This document shows, in pieces, positions 39,105 through 52,330 of a DNA stretch of 64,000 nucleotides. The notes below the pieces were generated by a model. It was given only the letters and a program-made list of their open reading frames with translations. It made no database searches and was not told where the DNA came from. Numbering within the stretch: position 1 is the first letter of the stretch; every line of letters begins with the position of its first letter. A program made the position numbers and the translations under genes. Source of the DNA: Cenococcum geophilum (lineage: Eukaryota); contig CP158635.1 in assembly GCA_050273025.1 (NCBI GenBank), positions 29,016,001 to 29,080,000 on the forward strand, read 5' to 3'.

Positions 39105-39760
39105 TCCTAAAAGAAAGTTATTAGAATAATCTATTGTAGAGAAAGAGTGTTTATAGTAAATAAAGGATTAAAGACGTTAAAAGATTTAAAGACTAAAAGT
39201 GATCTAAGACTGATTGTTAGGTAATACTCTACGGACTCCTTTAAGATATTATATAACTCTTTATTACAAAAATAATTAAATTGCTTGCCCCTTACCTAGA
39301 CTAAATTGTTATTTATATTTATAAACGCGCGTGGTTATAGGCGTGAAATATAAATTTATATTACGGCCTCCTGACGTGTCTAATGGTTAGCGTGTTTTAT
39401 TAACTTTCCCTTAAACTGCAAAAATACTAAAACTTCCCCTATAAAAGGCCGTGTAGACGTAGCTGCGCTAACTACTAGAGGTAATAGGATGCTATAGAGC
39501 TGTTTTCTGTTTTCTTTTTTTTTAGCGCTTACTATAATAATTTTAATAGATTTTAGTATTTAAAGCTAAGTAAAAATAATGTAGGTAATGGGATTTTGAC
39601 TAACACCTTTAGTTTTAACTAAAAGGAACATTAAAGCTTTACCTAAGTTATATCTATTACGCCTAGGTAAGCCTTAGTATAACACACCGCCTTTTAAATA
39701 TATGTGTTACTTTAATTTTAGTAAAACAATAAAACTTTACTTAAAATAGTAGGTGGTATA

Positions 39761-40179
39761 TGTTACGGCACTGTTACAGACCCTAGTTAGGGGCTTGGCG
39801 GAGCCGAGCCTTGGCGCCATATATATAGACGTGTCTGTTATAGCGATGAGGCAATTAAGGCACGAGCGCCGTAAAGAACGTATGTAAGCCTGTATAATTG
39901 TAATGTCTATAGACTTGGATATCAAGATAAGGAGCAAAAGAAGGTCGTGAAAAGGACACGTCTATATACTGCGCTAAGGCGTAAGCGAACCCCTCTAACT
40001 AGGCCCTATCCAGGTTATGCGCGATTAGTGCCGTAATAGTGTCCTTTCCTCGACCTTCTTCTAGTCCTTATCTTGGAATTCTCGTTTACAAGCTATCAAT
40101 AGAATCCTATTCTATTGACTGAGCCTTTATAGTACGCTAGCTTGGTTAAAACTAGGGTGTTTATAAAAACCCCGTTATA
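39761..40179. mobile_element. Solo LTR (+) interrupted by a related solo LTR in opposite orientation (39836-40038)
   Basis: The outer LTR starts TGTTACGGCACT. The inner 203-bp segment TGTTATAGC...AGTGCCGTAATA is flanked by the 5-bp TSD GTGTC (39831-39835 / 40039-40043), and its reverse complement aligns to the reconstituted outer LTR. Outer 3' end approximate. Confidence 0.8.
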
Positions 40180-40249
40180 TATAAATAATCTTAAATATTA
40201 TTAAATTTAAATATTACAAAATATAATATTTTATATTTTATAAACTAAG

Positions 40250-41500
40250 TATATCTAAACCATCCCTTTTACTTAACTAAGCTATCCTTTAATGCGCGCC
40301 AAAGCTTAAAACACTCTAGTGAAACAAGCTTAACGAATGGCAGTAGGTAAAAGTAGTTAGGGTTATATTGTGATATATATAGGTGCTTTTATAGTAAGTA
40401 GTCTGCAAATATTAAGGCTGGTGTAATATACTGGTTTGTCTAACTTTATAATTGCTAGCTTCTTAGTATTAAAAAGCTCGTCTAAAAAGTTAATTAAAAC
40501 TTTATATCCGCTCCACCTATCCGGCTATTTAAGACCAAAAACCCTATTCTTTGCCCTTTGTTATCTAATAAAGTTAACTTCGCGAGGGTCTTTCCACGGC
40601 CGCCTGTCTATATATTAAAGCACTATAAGTCTAAGTTATTCTAGGTCTAAGTTTAACGTTAAGGACGCTAATTGCTAGGTATAATCTTCGAAATTAGCTA
40701 TAAAATGTTAGATTTTAATATAAAGGTAGAATTAATTAGGGTGGCTATATGAAAGGACACACCTACTACGGCCGCAAATTCTAACTGCTTTTAGAGTAAC
40801 GGATCTGTGAAGTAACCCTACTATACTAATATGCTTAATCGCATTAAAGATCTATACTAATTTAGTGCTTTAACAAGCTCTAATAACGTTTTAACTTACT
40901 AATATTGTAATAACTTATATATGCCGTTTCTAGAGACGTATATAAATATAAAGAATTTCCTTTAGAGTAAAACGAGAATATTTATAGCTGAGGTATATCC
41001 AATCGTTATCCAAAAATACTTAACTAATTTGAGAAACGTTTCTGTAATAAAGTAGTTAAAATATTGCGAGTTTTGCCTTGCCTTTCTTCGCTTCTAGCCT
41101 CTTTACTATTACTATTCCATTTGTGCCCTTGTTAATATAAATTATCTATAGCTGATTTCCTTGTATAAGATCTTTAAGACGCATTAGAGCTCTTTAAGGA
41201 CTGCTAGGCTATATGTTTAAGTCCGGATTTGCATTAAAAGGCACGAGTAGGGAGCTAGAGACACTGCGATTGGGATTTTAGCTAGTTGGTGGAAGCTTAA
41301 TACGCTTTAAGGAATTTTGTAGAAGTGCTGCCTTAGTAGGGACTGCTGCCTTAGTAGGGACTTTATAACCTTGCGGCCGAGGGTGACGCTAGAAAGCTTC
41401 TTCCAAAACCTTTACGCGCTTTGGGCTTTCTATATCTTTGGTTACTTTAGCCACTTTTAAGCGCTTTAAAATTAAGCTGCTCTCTATATTATTAGGGGTT
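40250..41500 (-). pseudogene. Protein kinase-like (probable pseudokinase), RIP-inactivated
   Basis: 'IV.VKRL...L..RNVSQISQVFLDNDWIYLSY.YSRFTL.EIL', 'IFNAIKHIS.VGLLHRSVTL.AVRI' and 'ANFED' follow kinase subdomain order, but the HRD and DFG motifs are degenerate. Confidence 0.65.
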
Positions 41501-43310
41501 GGAAGTTTATAGGGAAAGTTTTAGTGCTGGTGGCAAGACTTATATAATCTGTGGCCACTAGTAGTTAGAAACAGTTTCTTTATTTATATTAATAAAATCT
41601 ATACTAGGCGCAGGGGTCTAAAATTATTTATATGGCTTCGGCGCTTTTAATAACAAATACAAAAAATATATTTAAAAATAAAAATTCGCTTTTACTAATT
41701 TCAAAATTACGCGAATTGTATAAAGTATTTAACCGTTATATTTTTGCATTGTAAAGTATTTCTTTTCTACCGTCTTTAACAAACTATAGAATATAATTAT
41801 ATGCCTAGACACCCATTTCTTTAAAGTATACTATCTAGCCGTTAATGGGAAACACGTAATAATAGCTCGACTATTTTAGTACCTTCTGAGCATACTATGG
41901 ATACTCCCGCCTCTTATTTACAGCCTTACCCACAGCTCTTACCTGGCAATGTTACCTTCTCGTAAGATATAGCAAACTCCGACAGAGTAAGTATAACTAT
42001 TTAGATGATCCCTACTGCAAATTAATACTTTTAGCTATCGCAGCTCTTGCAAGGCGAAATTTGGGCTTACAATTAAACATGAACCGAACTTTAGGCCGAA
42101 ATTGAGCGCCGTGTTGAGGCCGATAACGCTTTATGGAAATAAACCGAATAAGTCTTAGAATGGTCTATAGTATATTAAGGGGCTTACGCTGCTCTGGATT
42201 AGCATAGAATGGAAGAGGAATAGTTAAATAAAGAGATTTAAAGCTTGAAATTAGAGATTAAGGCACTTAATGCATAGGTATAATATGATAAACTATATAG
42301 AAATCGCTAGTTAATATATTTGGCAGGTGATCTCTGCTAGAGATTCTAAATCAGATGCGGTAGGATTAAAAGAGCGAGGGCTACGCACTGCACGCCGTAG
42401 AAAACCTCATTTAGGCGATAGAAAAGGGGGGTAACTACCGCATTATGCTCTGATTTAAGATATTAAACAGCACCTAAGGAAATAACTAGGTTCTGAGAGC
42501 CGCGAGTTTAATTTAGCTTAAGAAACGAGAGATTAAAGCATTGCGTACAGGAAAATTGAAAAAAAAAAACGTTGGGATAGTTTTGCGAATATTAAATGTT
42601 ATATAATTAGCTGCATAAACTATATAAACCATTTAATGGTAGATAAAACTGTGACTATAAGTAAAGCACCTATGTACTTTAGGAACGCTGAACGAGATCT
42701 ATGCTAAAGCTCCCTAATATGAAGCCATTCGTGGTTCCATTCCACGATTATTTGTTAGGGCTAGTTATAGTAAGCTATATATAAGCCGCTCTCCATAGCG
42801 TTCCTGTAAAAGCTGCTATTAGGTGTATATAATAAGGATATAAGATTTTTAGAATTACCACCGCTTAGAAAGACAATGCGAAGGATTTCTTGCGCCGTAA
42901 GATTCTGAGGTTTATATTCTACCTAGAATTATAATCCCGAGTTAAAGCTATGTTGTATACCTGTCTCTCCCTTAAGACTAACTTCTTTATTATAGGGCTT
43001 GGAAACATCCTTATAAAGCTATAATAAACATCTTAGTTTCTCTTCGTCAGCTTACCGCGAATAAAGGGTTTATAACATTTCGGCGTACCTTAATTCTGCG
43101 GCCTATTGTTATGCCGTAAAATAATTAGAGATGGTATTAGCCTGTAAACTTAAACGCTGTTTTATATAAGAACTTACGGTCTAATAATTACTATATATCC
43201 CTTATACGGCATATCCCTTAAGTTAAAAGGGCACCCTAAACGTTCCCTAAGTGGTAAGCCATTACTATTACGCTGTGGATCCTTTAAATCCTCCATTTAT
43301 TTAAAGATAG

Positions 43311-45500
43311 AAATGCCAATGGTATTAGGTAATGAAGAAGTTACTCTTAGGGTTTTAGGTATAGATAGCGCGAGCCTAATTTATATATAAAGGCATAAGG
43401 CAGTATAAGCCTCTAAGGCTTTATACGGACTTTATATTTCTCTTTATATTACACTTTATGCACTTATAGTGTCTTAAATCCTATATAAGTGCTAATAACG
43501 ATAAGAGATTATAGGCGGACGGCCTTAGCCGGCGGAGAGTATAAAATTACGCCTCGTTATTACGGCGGTACTGTTTTAAAGAAGATTGTATTATCCGAAT
43601 TGTTTCTTCTTTAGGATATCTAGGCTAGTTTATTGGCATTTGTCGATCTTGCCTAGTTGTCTTATGTCTCTACGGCGGCAATAGATCCATTATATATCTA
43701 ATTAAATGAACTTTCCGGTACAGCTATGGTTTGAACGGATTTTTATACGTTTAATAAGCGTTCTACGGCAAACTTTAGAGGTTGTATGAAGAAGCTACCT
43801 ATAAGCGGCCTAGAGAAGATCCAGAGAGATATTCCTAGATAGTTGGCTTAGAAGTTCGCAGAGAAGGACGCGGCTAGCTGATACCGTCCCCCCCTATAGC
43901 ACTACCTCTATTGTTCTGTGTCTAGTGCAGAGGCTAATATTATATGGTATAGTAAATGTTATAACTAGAATAAGGAAACCCTACTTAAGCTATTAAGTTA
44001 GCCTTTTTTTGTCTCAACCGTATCTAATAACTATTAACTATAACTTCTAACTATTATGTTAAAAGAGTTCTACCTCTAATATAAACAACTTATTTAATAT
44101 GTTTACCCTTATAGACCATGTCTTTCTGGAATAGATTTGAGATCCCCTAATAGTAAACCCTAAAGATCTTATTTTTACTAAACCTAACCTAATATCCGGA
44201 TCTTAGGAAGCCAACATTCTCTCTCCTTATATAGATAACTTCCGATACAATTACGGCTTAGACGTGGCTATGGTTAAAGCTATAAATATAGTCCTTAAAA
44301 ATATGGACACTTCCGTTAACAATATGGATATAGATAATATCCTGCTCCAGAATTTTCTATATAAGCCTACTCTTAGCGCAGACCGCTTAAATCTAGAAGA
44401 GTTTAAAGGTGACTGGACTGATCCTAGTTTAACCTTCGCTCTAATTAATAAAATGATGCAGGATCTAGACCAACACGTTAGATTAGAGAAATCTATCTTA
44501 GATAACCTACCTAATGGTGTTAATATGTTAGATAAAACCTTAATATTCTCTTCCTTAGGAGAGCTCGCGTTAAATAAGCAGCTAGTAGAATAGGCTAATA
44601 AGTAGGTCAATAAGCTACCGAACGAATAGCTAGGTCAGTATAGAAATAAGCAACTAAGGGAGCAGCTGGACGAGTGGCTAAATAAGCAGCCAGATAAATT
44701 GTTAGATAAGTAGCTAAACCAATACCTGAAAATCCAATTAGAAAGGCAGCCAGACGAGCCGCTAAAGAAGTAGCTAGACTAATACCTAGATAGCTAACCA
44801 GATAAGCAGCCAAATAAGTAACCGAGGAAGCGGCTAGACAAATCCCTATATAAGCAGCTAGATAAGCCGCTAGAGGAGCAGCTAAACTAATACCTAGACG
44901 GCTAACCGAATAAGCAGCTAGATAAGCACTAGGACGAGTAACTAAGGGAAGAGCTAAACGACTAGGCAAACGAGGAGGACGACTGGCACTTCTATATAGA
45001 AGATATCGAGCCCTAGGAATAGCCCGGAAGCCCCTAAGGAGTATTAGATAACAAAAATCAGGACTTAGGAAGATCCTTAGCTAGTATATAAAGTTAAAAA
45101 CAGAGGAGATATAGACTCTAAGTAAACTAACGGATAGTAGATCTAATTATTATCGATAATAGGGTGGATTATTATATATATAAAATGCAGTCTACCTAAT
45201 ACTAAAGGTCTTCTCGAACCAGGAGGCAACTAATAACTTTGGATAATAATAAGATGCTACGATATAGTGATTAGTATAACTTGACAGCACTAGTTAATAA
45301 GGTTGTATTAGAGTAGGAGCAGATATAGGCGGATTGGTTTAATATGTTAGAGATTGTTAGGGGATATTAGTACCTAGAAATTAAAGTATTTGAAAAGAAC
45401 TTACGAGAAAAGGTTAAAGATTTATGCTTGTCGCAGGAATCTAGGCATTCTCCTGGCATAGGAAAGATGCTTGCGGACCTGTAGAAGAGCTTTTATATCT
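43311..45500 (+). pseudogene. Large RIP-degraded gene with an acidic tetrapeptide (D-E-Q-P-like) repeat region
   Basis: Long frame that includes ORF 44264-44593. 12-bp-period units (GATAAGCAGCCA-like) span ~44570-44980. Confidence 0.55.
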
Positions 45501-48500
45501 ATCTTAAGGGAAACAATGAGATTTCTAAGACTGCGCGGAGTTATGCAGGCCTTTTGGATTGATTTGCTAAATATAAGCATATACTATATTTAAGAGAGTT
45601 ATAAAGATAAGGTTATATAGAACATATGAGCTTCTTATAATATTAAATAAGTCCCCTATTTAATTCCGAGCGTAAAACTTGGCTTAGTCGGATTATTAGC
45701 TTTAAGCGATAATAAACTGTTGGGGCTACCCCTAAATACTAGTACGTAGAGCCCCTTATCCGGTTCTAGATGGAGTGGGAACTATATTCCTGAACTTCTT
45801 CTTAGTTACGGTAGAGCCGGCTAAATGCGCCGTAGCTTTATCTCCTAACCCCTTGCTTATACTGCATGCCTTAGAAACCATAGCATAGCGCTTAGAAAGT
45901 GGTATTGCTTTCACCTACGTTATATAGATTTAGGCAGAAATATTAATCTTGGAGTAACTTACACAATTCCGGTTGGCGGATTTATGCAAACTTCTCTAGC
46001 CGCTAAAGTGTGTGGTGTTTATATAAGCTTCTTCGTGTTAATGCTAATAAGAGCTAGATTGATACTGCCAAATTGCTTGGCTTAGCGTGGGGTTGTTGGC
46101 AAAATGGGTGTAGATTACTAGAAATAACGGATAAGTAAGCAGAGCTTTGGTTTCGGGATCGGCAAATCGTTTTCGCAGCTTTAACACAACTTCTTTAAAT
46201 AAAAGTGTATTATAGGAAAGTGAGATTAATATATATGCTTATTAATCTTTGCGTATAGAAATCTAGAAGCTTCGTGATATAGAGCAACAGCATCACGATT
46301 ATATTATAAAAAGCTTAGATGCGATTGAAAGACAGCTATATTTTAGCCGAGAACCGGAAGATAGAGGTAACGGAGAAAGTACTTCTATTGATGGTAACAG
46401 TTATACCTTCTAATAGTCTTCTTATCTAACTAATTATATAGCATTAGAACCCTTAATAGAGGGCAAACCGATTTTTAAGTTACTTATAAAAGGGATTAGT
46501 AGACATATTTTTCAAACCCTAATTTAAGAAGCTTCTTTAAAAGAAAATGGTAGTAATTGGAAAACTATTTTAGTAAGTGCAGGCATAAAGCAGGTGCTGA
46601 GAAAGTACCAATAGTAGATATATGAAAATGAAAATGACTTTAATTTTAAAGGACCGGAGAAATTCCTATAGGAGAAGCCCTACGAATTTGGCGATAAGTA
46701 GAAGTCCTACTACGCTTCCTCCTAACCCTTTTCTACTACACTAGTAGAGGTACACAATCCTACTTAGTAGATTATAATAGATGGAATAAGCGCTAAAGAG
46801 TATGCACTGGATATTATTCATTAACTCTTTAATATATGAATTTATAAGCCTACTAATCTTAAACATGACTGGTACTTGCTTAGGATATAAGTGTTTAAGC
46901 TTAGAAAGAAACTTATAGAGTTTAGGGTTATTATTATATATTAGTTGCCCTTTATTGGTAATATAGTGAATAAAATCTTTTGCCTGTGTTAAGAAACTCA
47001 AGAGATTATTGTAAATTGTATGGAGCTTAGAAGAGGTTAAGCTAAGAGAGATAAAAGCGTGGGTTTTAGAACGTAGACAGACTACTAGGCGTTCTATAGG
47101 CGTTCTACAATTTCTTATTAAATTTCTACTTTATTCTTCCGTATAGTATTACACTTATAGAGTTTTGCCTGCTAGATTATGCCAAATCCTAAGTTCTCTA
47201 TCGTCACCTGATAATCCGTCATCGTCACTCCGGCTCGGTTTGTCGATATTGGTATATATACGGATCGTCTCCTAAGCTCTTCCTGCAGACCTGCGAGAAT
47301 TATTAGCAATCTAATTTAGGTTTGTCTGAGGCATTATATATAATAGGACTTATTTAACGAGTATAGAAAAGAACTATATTTTAGCAAGGCTTAGTATCTA
47401 AAGGAAAGGTAGCTTAATCTAAAGACATTTAGAGGTAAGGCGAATGCCACCTTTATAATATTTCCTCCACTGCTTAGCAGAGCTAAGGCCAAGTTTAGAA
47501 AGGGAGATTAATATTACCTAAATAAGGCGAAGTATATCAGCGGCCCCTTTACCCTAAAGCTGGCGTGTAATATCCGTTGGCTATAATTACTCCTTACTTA
47601 GCGTGCTATCTGCGCCTAAAAGTATAGGCTGCTTAACTAAATCTAATAATAGCTGTTTAAATTAAAGGAGGCATTACTAGGGGTAATTATTAGCTGAGCT
47701 GTTACTAAATATAAATACCTAACTAAAATATATTGCGGAAGAACTAACGTACCAGTCTCTAGCTTTGTGAGCAGTGCTTAGCTATTATTACTTATTGGAT
47801 TATAAGTAGTCTTAATACACCACCGAAGTCTAAAAGCAGCTCCAAGTATAAAGCGCTAGGATTCTTCGCACCTATTACAATTTAGCGCTCCGTTACTCTT
47901 AGAGGCAGCTAAGTAAGGTGGCGTTTAATAATAGCTTTATAGTGACGCTTTAAGCCTCTTTAACCATTGCAGATAAATCTATAAACGTCTTAGCTATAGT
48001 ATAGGAAGCTATAGTTTAAGATATATAGATTGAGATCCTATCTAACTAAATCTTGGAATATTAGTAAAGCGGGCTTAGCTGTATATAAGATACGGTCTAG
48101 TATATTAGAAAGAAAGCAACGACAGCCTCTTCTATATAATGCCTTACTCCTATAGAGGCGGAGTAAGCTTATATGTTGTAACCTACACGTTTTGCGTTAA
48201 CCTAGGCTATAGGATAGCAATAGGTATTAATTATGCCGCTAGTGGGGTTTAAGGATCCGTCTAGCCCTACGCATAGGTAGGAAGGAGAATATAAAAGGAC
48301 CTTACGTCCCCTTACCAGGAGCCTATATAAAACACTTCTTAAGTAATCTACAGCACATATTCTGTCCTAAAGTCAGCTAATTAAACATTGAAAATAAATG
48401 TTACGAAAAGAATAATTAATATAAGTAATAGCGAAACAATAAGTGACGGAGAAGGATATGTAGAGAGATTTAGAGCAAAGGGCGTGTCTATTAGGGGAAA

Positions 48501-49359
48501 GGCGCTTCTAAAGATAAGGAATGCTTTCCATGCTATAGCAGTAAGAGGCCTTACTAATAGGGCACTAGAGCTAAAGCCAAAACCGGAACCACTAAGGCTC
48601 TAAATTAAAGTGCGAGAGAGATTAACTCGGCGTTATAACCTAGAAGTCATTGTAAGTATATAAATATATTGCAGTTAGGTTAGGACTTACCGTCTTAGAT
48701 ATTACTAACAATACATTTAATAGCAGCAATCCTAGTTATGCTATTGCTCTATAGATAAGCTATCTATAGGCCTAAAGTAGAATTAAGATACTAGAGAAGG
48801 CCAACTAGAAGCTAAGAGAGGAGGTAGTGTCTCTTAAAAGAAAAAGGGTAATTATAAATGAAATATAGTAGGGAAAGCATAGAGATACTAGCACTTATAA
48901 GCGCATTGTACTTAATGTAGAGGCATATCTAAGCAGTAATTAGGGTAAATACCTGACGATTCTTACGTGGAGGGTTGGTTTAATGAAAGTGGATATATAT
49001 CTGGCACGTGCGTATTTTGTTTATAGGTAAGCGGGGTCGCGAATCTAGTAACCTACGTGACTAATACTAAACAATGTCCCTATTAATCCCATATTAGTTG
49101 TTGATATAGCCCCTTAAGAGTAAATAGGGTACTTTTTATGCTTATTATATCTATTAAATAACCTAAAGACTAAAAATAAAAAAGCTAATAAAATTACCAG
49201 GAATACGGAATAGTAAACTATATTGTATATTCAGTCTAATATTGCCTATATAAATTCTACGCATTCCCTTTAGGCTCTTTTATAGCAGTACTATAAACTT
49301 ATTCTAAGGCAGTCTTCCCTATAGTATTTTATAACGCCACCTTATTAATACTAACAGCC

Positions 49360-50180
49360 ATGTTATATATAGCTTGGATATTTTGCATTACTATTTAGTT
49401 TTTATAATCCGCATCCGCGCATATATGGGTAGAGAGAATACTAGTTCTTGCTACCGGTGGAGTACTTAAAGGATTTCCTGGATTTGCTTAAGGATATAGT
49501 AAGAAGTGCTTATTTTAAGAACTCTAATATTTAACTAAACTTATTATAAGTGCCACGGACCCCCAAATTTAAAGATCTGTATATAACATATCTTCTTCCT
49601 CCTAATACTTGTAATAATAATATTCTTCTGTCTACTGATCTTATATATAAAGATAGTTAATCGCAGCCTAACTAGACAGTGGGAAGTCCAATATTATCTA
49701 CCCATTCCGGTAGTACTTTACTGCTAATGTACTAGGAGAATGGTTATGTCACCCTGCTTAATTAGACGCCCGGTAAAATTTCCTCCGGAAATGTCTTCGT
49801 CTATAAAACGGATCAGTCTTTATTATTAGATACTCTTAAGGGGATTTATAATATATAGACGCTAGATAGCAGCGGCGGTAATGCTAAAGGACGTCTTCTT
49901 AAAAAAGCATTATTTGATGATGGTACCTACTACTAAATCAATGGCAGCCCAGAATCGCACCGCCGGGGGGTTTTGCTACAGCGGCATCACGAGTCTTTTA
50001 AAGGGAACGATTTGTGGTATGGAATAGAAGTTACTCTCCCTAAAGATCTGGTTAGAGGAAGTCTCTATATATTATACTAGGTTTAGGATTAGCTAATAGT
50101 TGCAAGCCCGCCTGTATTACTAAAGGGTAAAATTAAAATATACACTACCTGCGTGGATATATTAATTATTTAATGGCGAA
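49360..50180 (+). pseudogene. Secreted protein with His immediately after the signal peptide (DUF7492-like family), RIP-inactivated
   Basis: Hydrophobic leader, then 'SASAH.WVER..V...GFPGFA.G', 'LLPPN', 'Y(Q)ENG(H)VTL', 'FDDGTYY(Q)INGSP' and 'LY(W)V(W)D(W)'. The family name is from recall only. Confidence 0.7.
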
Positions 50181-50463
50181 TTAGGTTCTAAATTATGCAG
50201 TATAAAATTTAGTAACGTCTGTCCCTGGGTTAAGAGACGCACCCCGTAAAGAGACAAATTATAGGTACTTTGTGTTAGATATAACAAAATAAAATAACCG
50301 CGTTCCTAAATATATATCTTTCTACTTAGATTAGAGATTAAAGTTAATCTAAAGCTTATAAGCTTTGCTAAACAGAAAATTATATATATACGATATTATC
50401 TTTCGCACCTTGTCTACAGAGCCTCGTTTTAGGCTGTTATGAGAAGTCTCTACTACAACTCTA

Positions 50464-50740
50464 CTATGGACTTCTTATCATTCCTAATACGTATAAATGG
50501 GCGTATCCAGGCTTAGTAAAGGCTTGAGACATTTGCAATAAGAAATCTATAACGGCTTTATCTTCGTATGGGTTGAGATACTCTTGGCTTTTAGCCTTCT
50601 CTTCGATCGACCGTTGTCCCTTTGCACGATGGAGGGTAGTGTAAGGAACTTTCCTATAATCTACTAGTGCACGGTATGATTTAGGAACGCTAGGAGGCAC
50701 TCCTTGTGCTAGTACTTAACTGGCTTGGTCTATATTAGCT
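50464..50740 (-). pseudogene. Truncated pogo/Fot1-type transposase (N-terminal HTH region only)
   Basis: 'IDQAS(Q)VLAQGVPPSVPKSYRAL.D..KVPYTTLHRAKGQRSIEEKAKSQEYLNPYEDKAVIDFLLQMS'. No DDE domain follows. Confidence 0.85.
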
Positions 50741-51419
50741 TACTGTGGTAATGGTAATAGGAGGGAATAAATAATGGTGAAGCGAGTAAAGGATGATGCG
50801 GAGTTGGGGACCGAGCCAGACCCTAAAGAATAGCCTATTTTTAGGTATATCCATTTTTAGCCGCCTTGGTTTCTAAATCCTTAGATTTTTAAGGCTATAC
50901 CGGGCGGCAATTAAGGAGCAGAAAGCTGCGAGAGTTCCAATATTCTTAGCGAACCTTGAATTTTCTATACTAACTCTAAATGTTCAATTAATGACACGCG
51001 TATAGGGCTGTAAGCTATGGCTTAGGAACGAGCGAATTATACTTTAAGGAGTTGTGTGATCCTAGTCTGTGCTTTATAAACCCTTAGGAGTATAGGGAGA
51101 CTAATATACAGGAGATAGAGCCCACTCTCTATAATAGGGTCTTGTAAATGTCAATAGAGGCGTTAATAGATTAAACTTAGAAAGAACTAGTGAATCTGTA
51201 ATGCTATTTTAGGTGCGAGTTAATATAAATTAGCTGTAAACGTAGGAGACTTAACCATAAAGTCGATTCCTTATTATGTGATTTAACAGCGCTAATATGG
51301 CAAAGCACTTTACTGGAATGTGGCTAAGAACCTAAAACGGCTCTAGTCCTAATAAGCCGCCCCTTAGTAATAAATGACTGCATAACTCTACTTAATCTAT
51401 GTTCCACCTAACGTCTTCT

Positions 51420-52330
51420 ATATAATACCGCGGTTCAAGAACCCTTAGAAATATAAATTAGATGGCCAAAGGGCTGTATAAGAGATAATTTGGTAAACTA
51501 GGGAAACTTTAGCTTTGTCTGTCTGGACGCCTTATTAGGGAGTATTATTAAAATCCCTCACTTTAAAAACGACGATATAATTCTTATTAAAAGAGCTATA
51601 TACAAGCGCTTTAACGAGCGTGGTGGTAATATGGGGCTTTTACAATATTAAGGGCGTTATAATACTAGTATTTAGTTTAAGTTTATAAGTAATTATAATC
51701 TCTAAGCTTATCTTCGGGATTATAAGGACAACGTTACTTTAGAATAGCGGCTTTAATAGGGACAAGAAATTGCGGATACGGTTGCTTTTATCTATTTAAA
51801 CAGCGTAATCCATAGGGACCTACAATGCTGTAATATTTTCTTGGACCAAGATTTGCATACAAAAGTCGCCGACTTTAGTGGCTTATCTTTAGATAGCTCT
51901 GCTCTCCTTATTACTGTGGCTTATAGTTATTAATACCCTAGAGAGCTACTATTAGTATAGGCAGACATCTTCGCCCTTAAATCCACCCTATATAAGGTAG
52001 CGAGTGGCCAGACTCCTTTTAATGGTTAGACTAATAAAGAGATTAAAGAGTTATTTAAAAGCTATTAATTCCCTAATATGGAATACTTAGGTCTTATAGG
52101 CTATATTATTATAAACTGCTGGGAAGGAAATTACTATAGTGCAGATAAAGTTGCAAAAATATTTAAAGGTATATTATTTTCACTAAAAACTTTATTACTA
52201 ATAATAAGTCTAGAGAGCCGTTAAATCACTCCTAAATCCTTTGACCCCTCTAAAATAGCAGTATTAGCCTTTACAATATTGGCATTTGGGTTACTTACGG
52301 CGGTCTTATAGGTTTAGAGATTAGTACGTT
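51420..52330 (+). pseudogene. Ser/Thr protein kinase inside the TIR element, RIP-inactivated
   Basis: 'IIKIPH', 'VIHRDLQCCNIFLD' (~51805-51846), 'KVADFSG', 'ADIFAL.STLY.VASGQTPF' and 'IINCWEG'. An apparent intron is followed by a hydrophobic C-terminal segment. Confidence 0.9.

Noticed and set aside
39761..40080. Pseudoknot, ribozyme or DIRS-like terminal structure suggested by interleaved inverted repeats
   Set aside because: Fully explained by an antisense solo LTR nested in a related LTR with a GTGTC TSD. No hammerhead core (CTGATGA...GAAA) seen.
44607..44969. Ala/Leu/Tyr-rich minus-strand ORF
   Set aside because: It is antisense to the plus-strand tetrapeptide repeat region.
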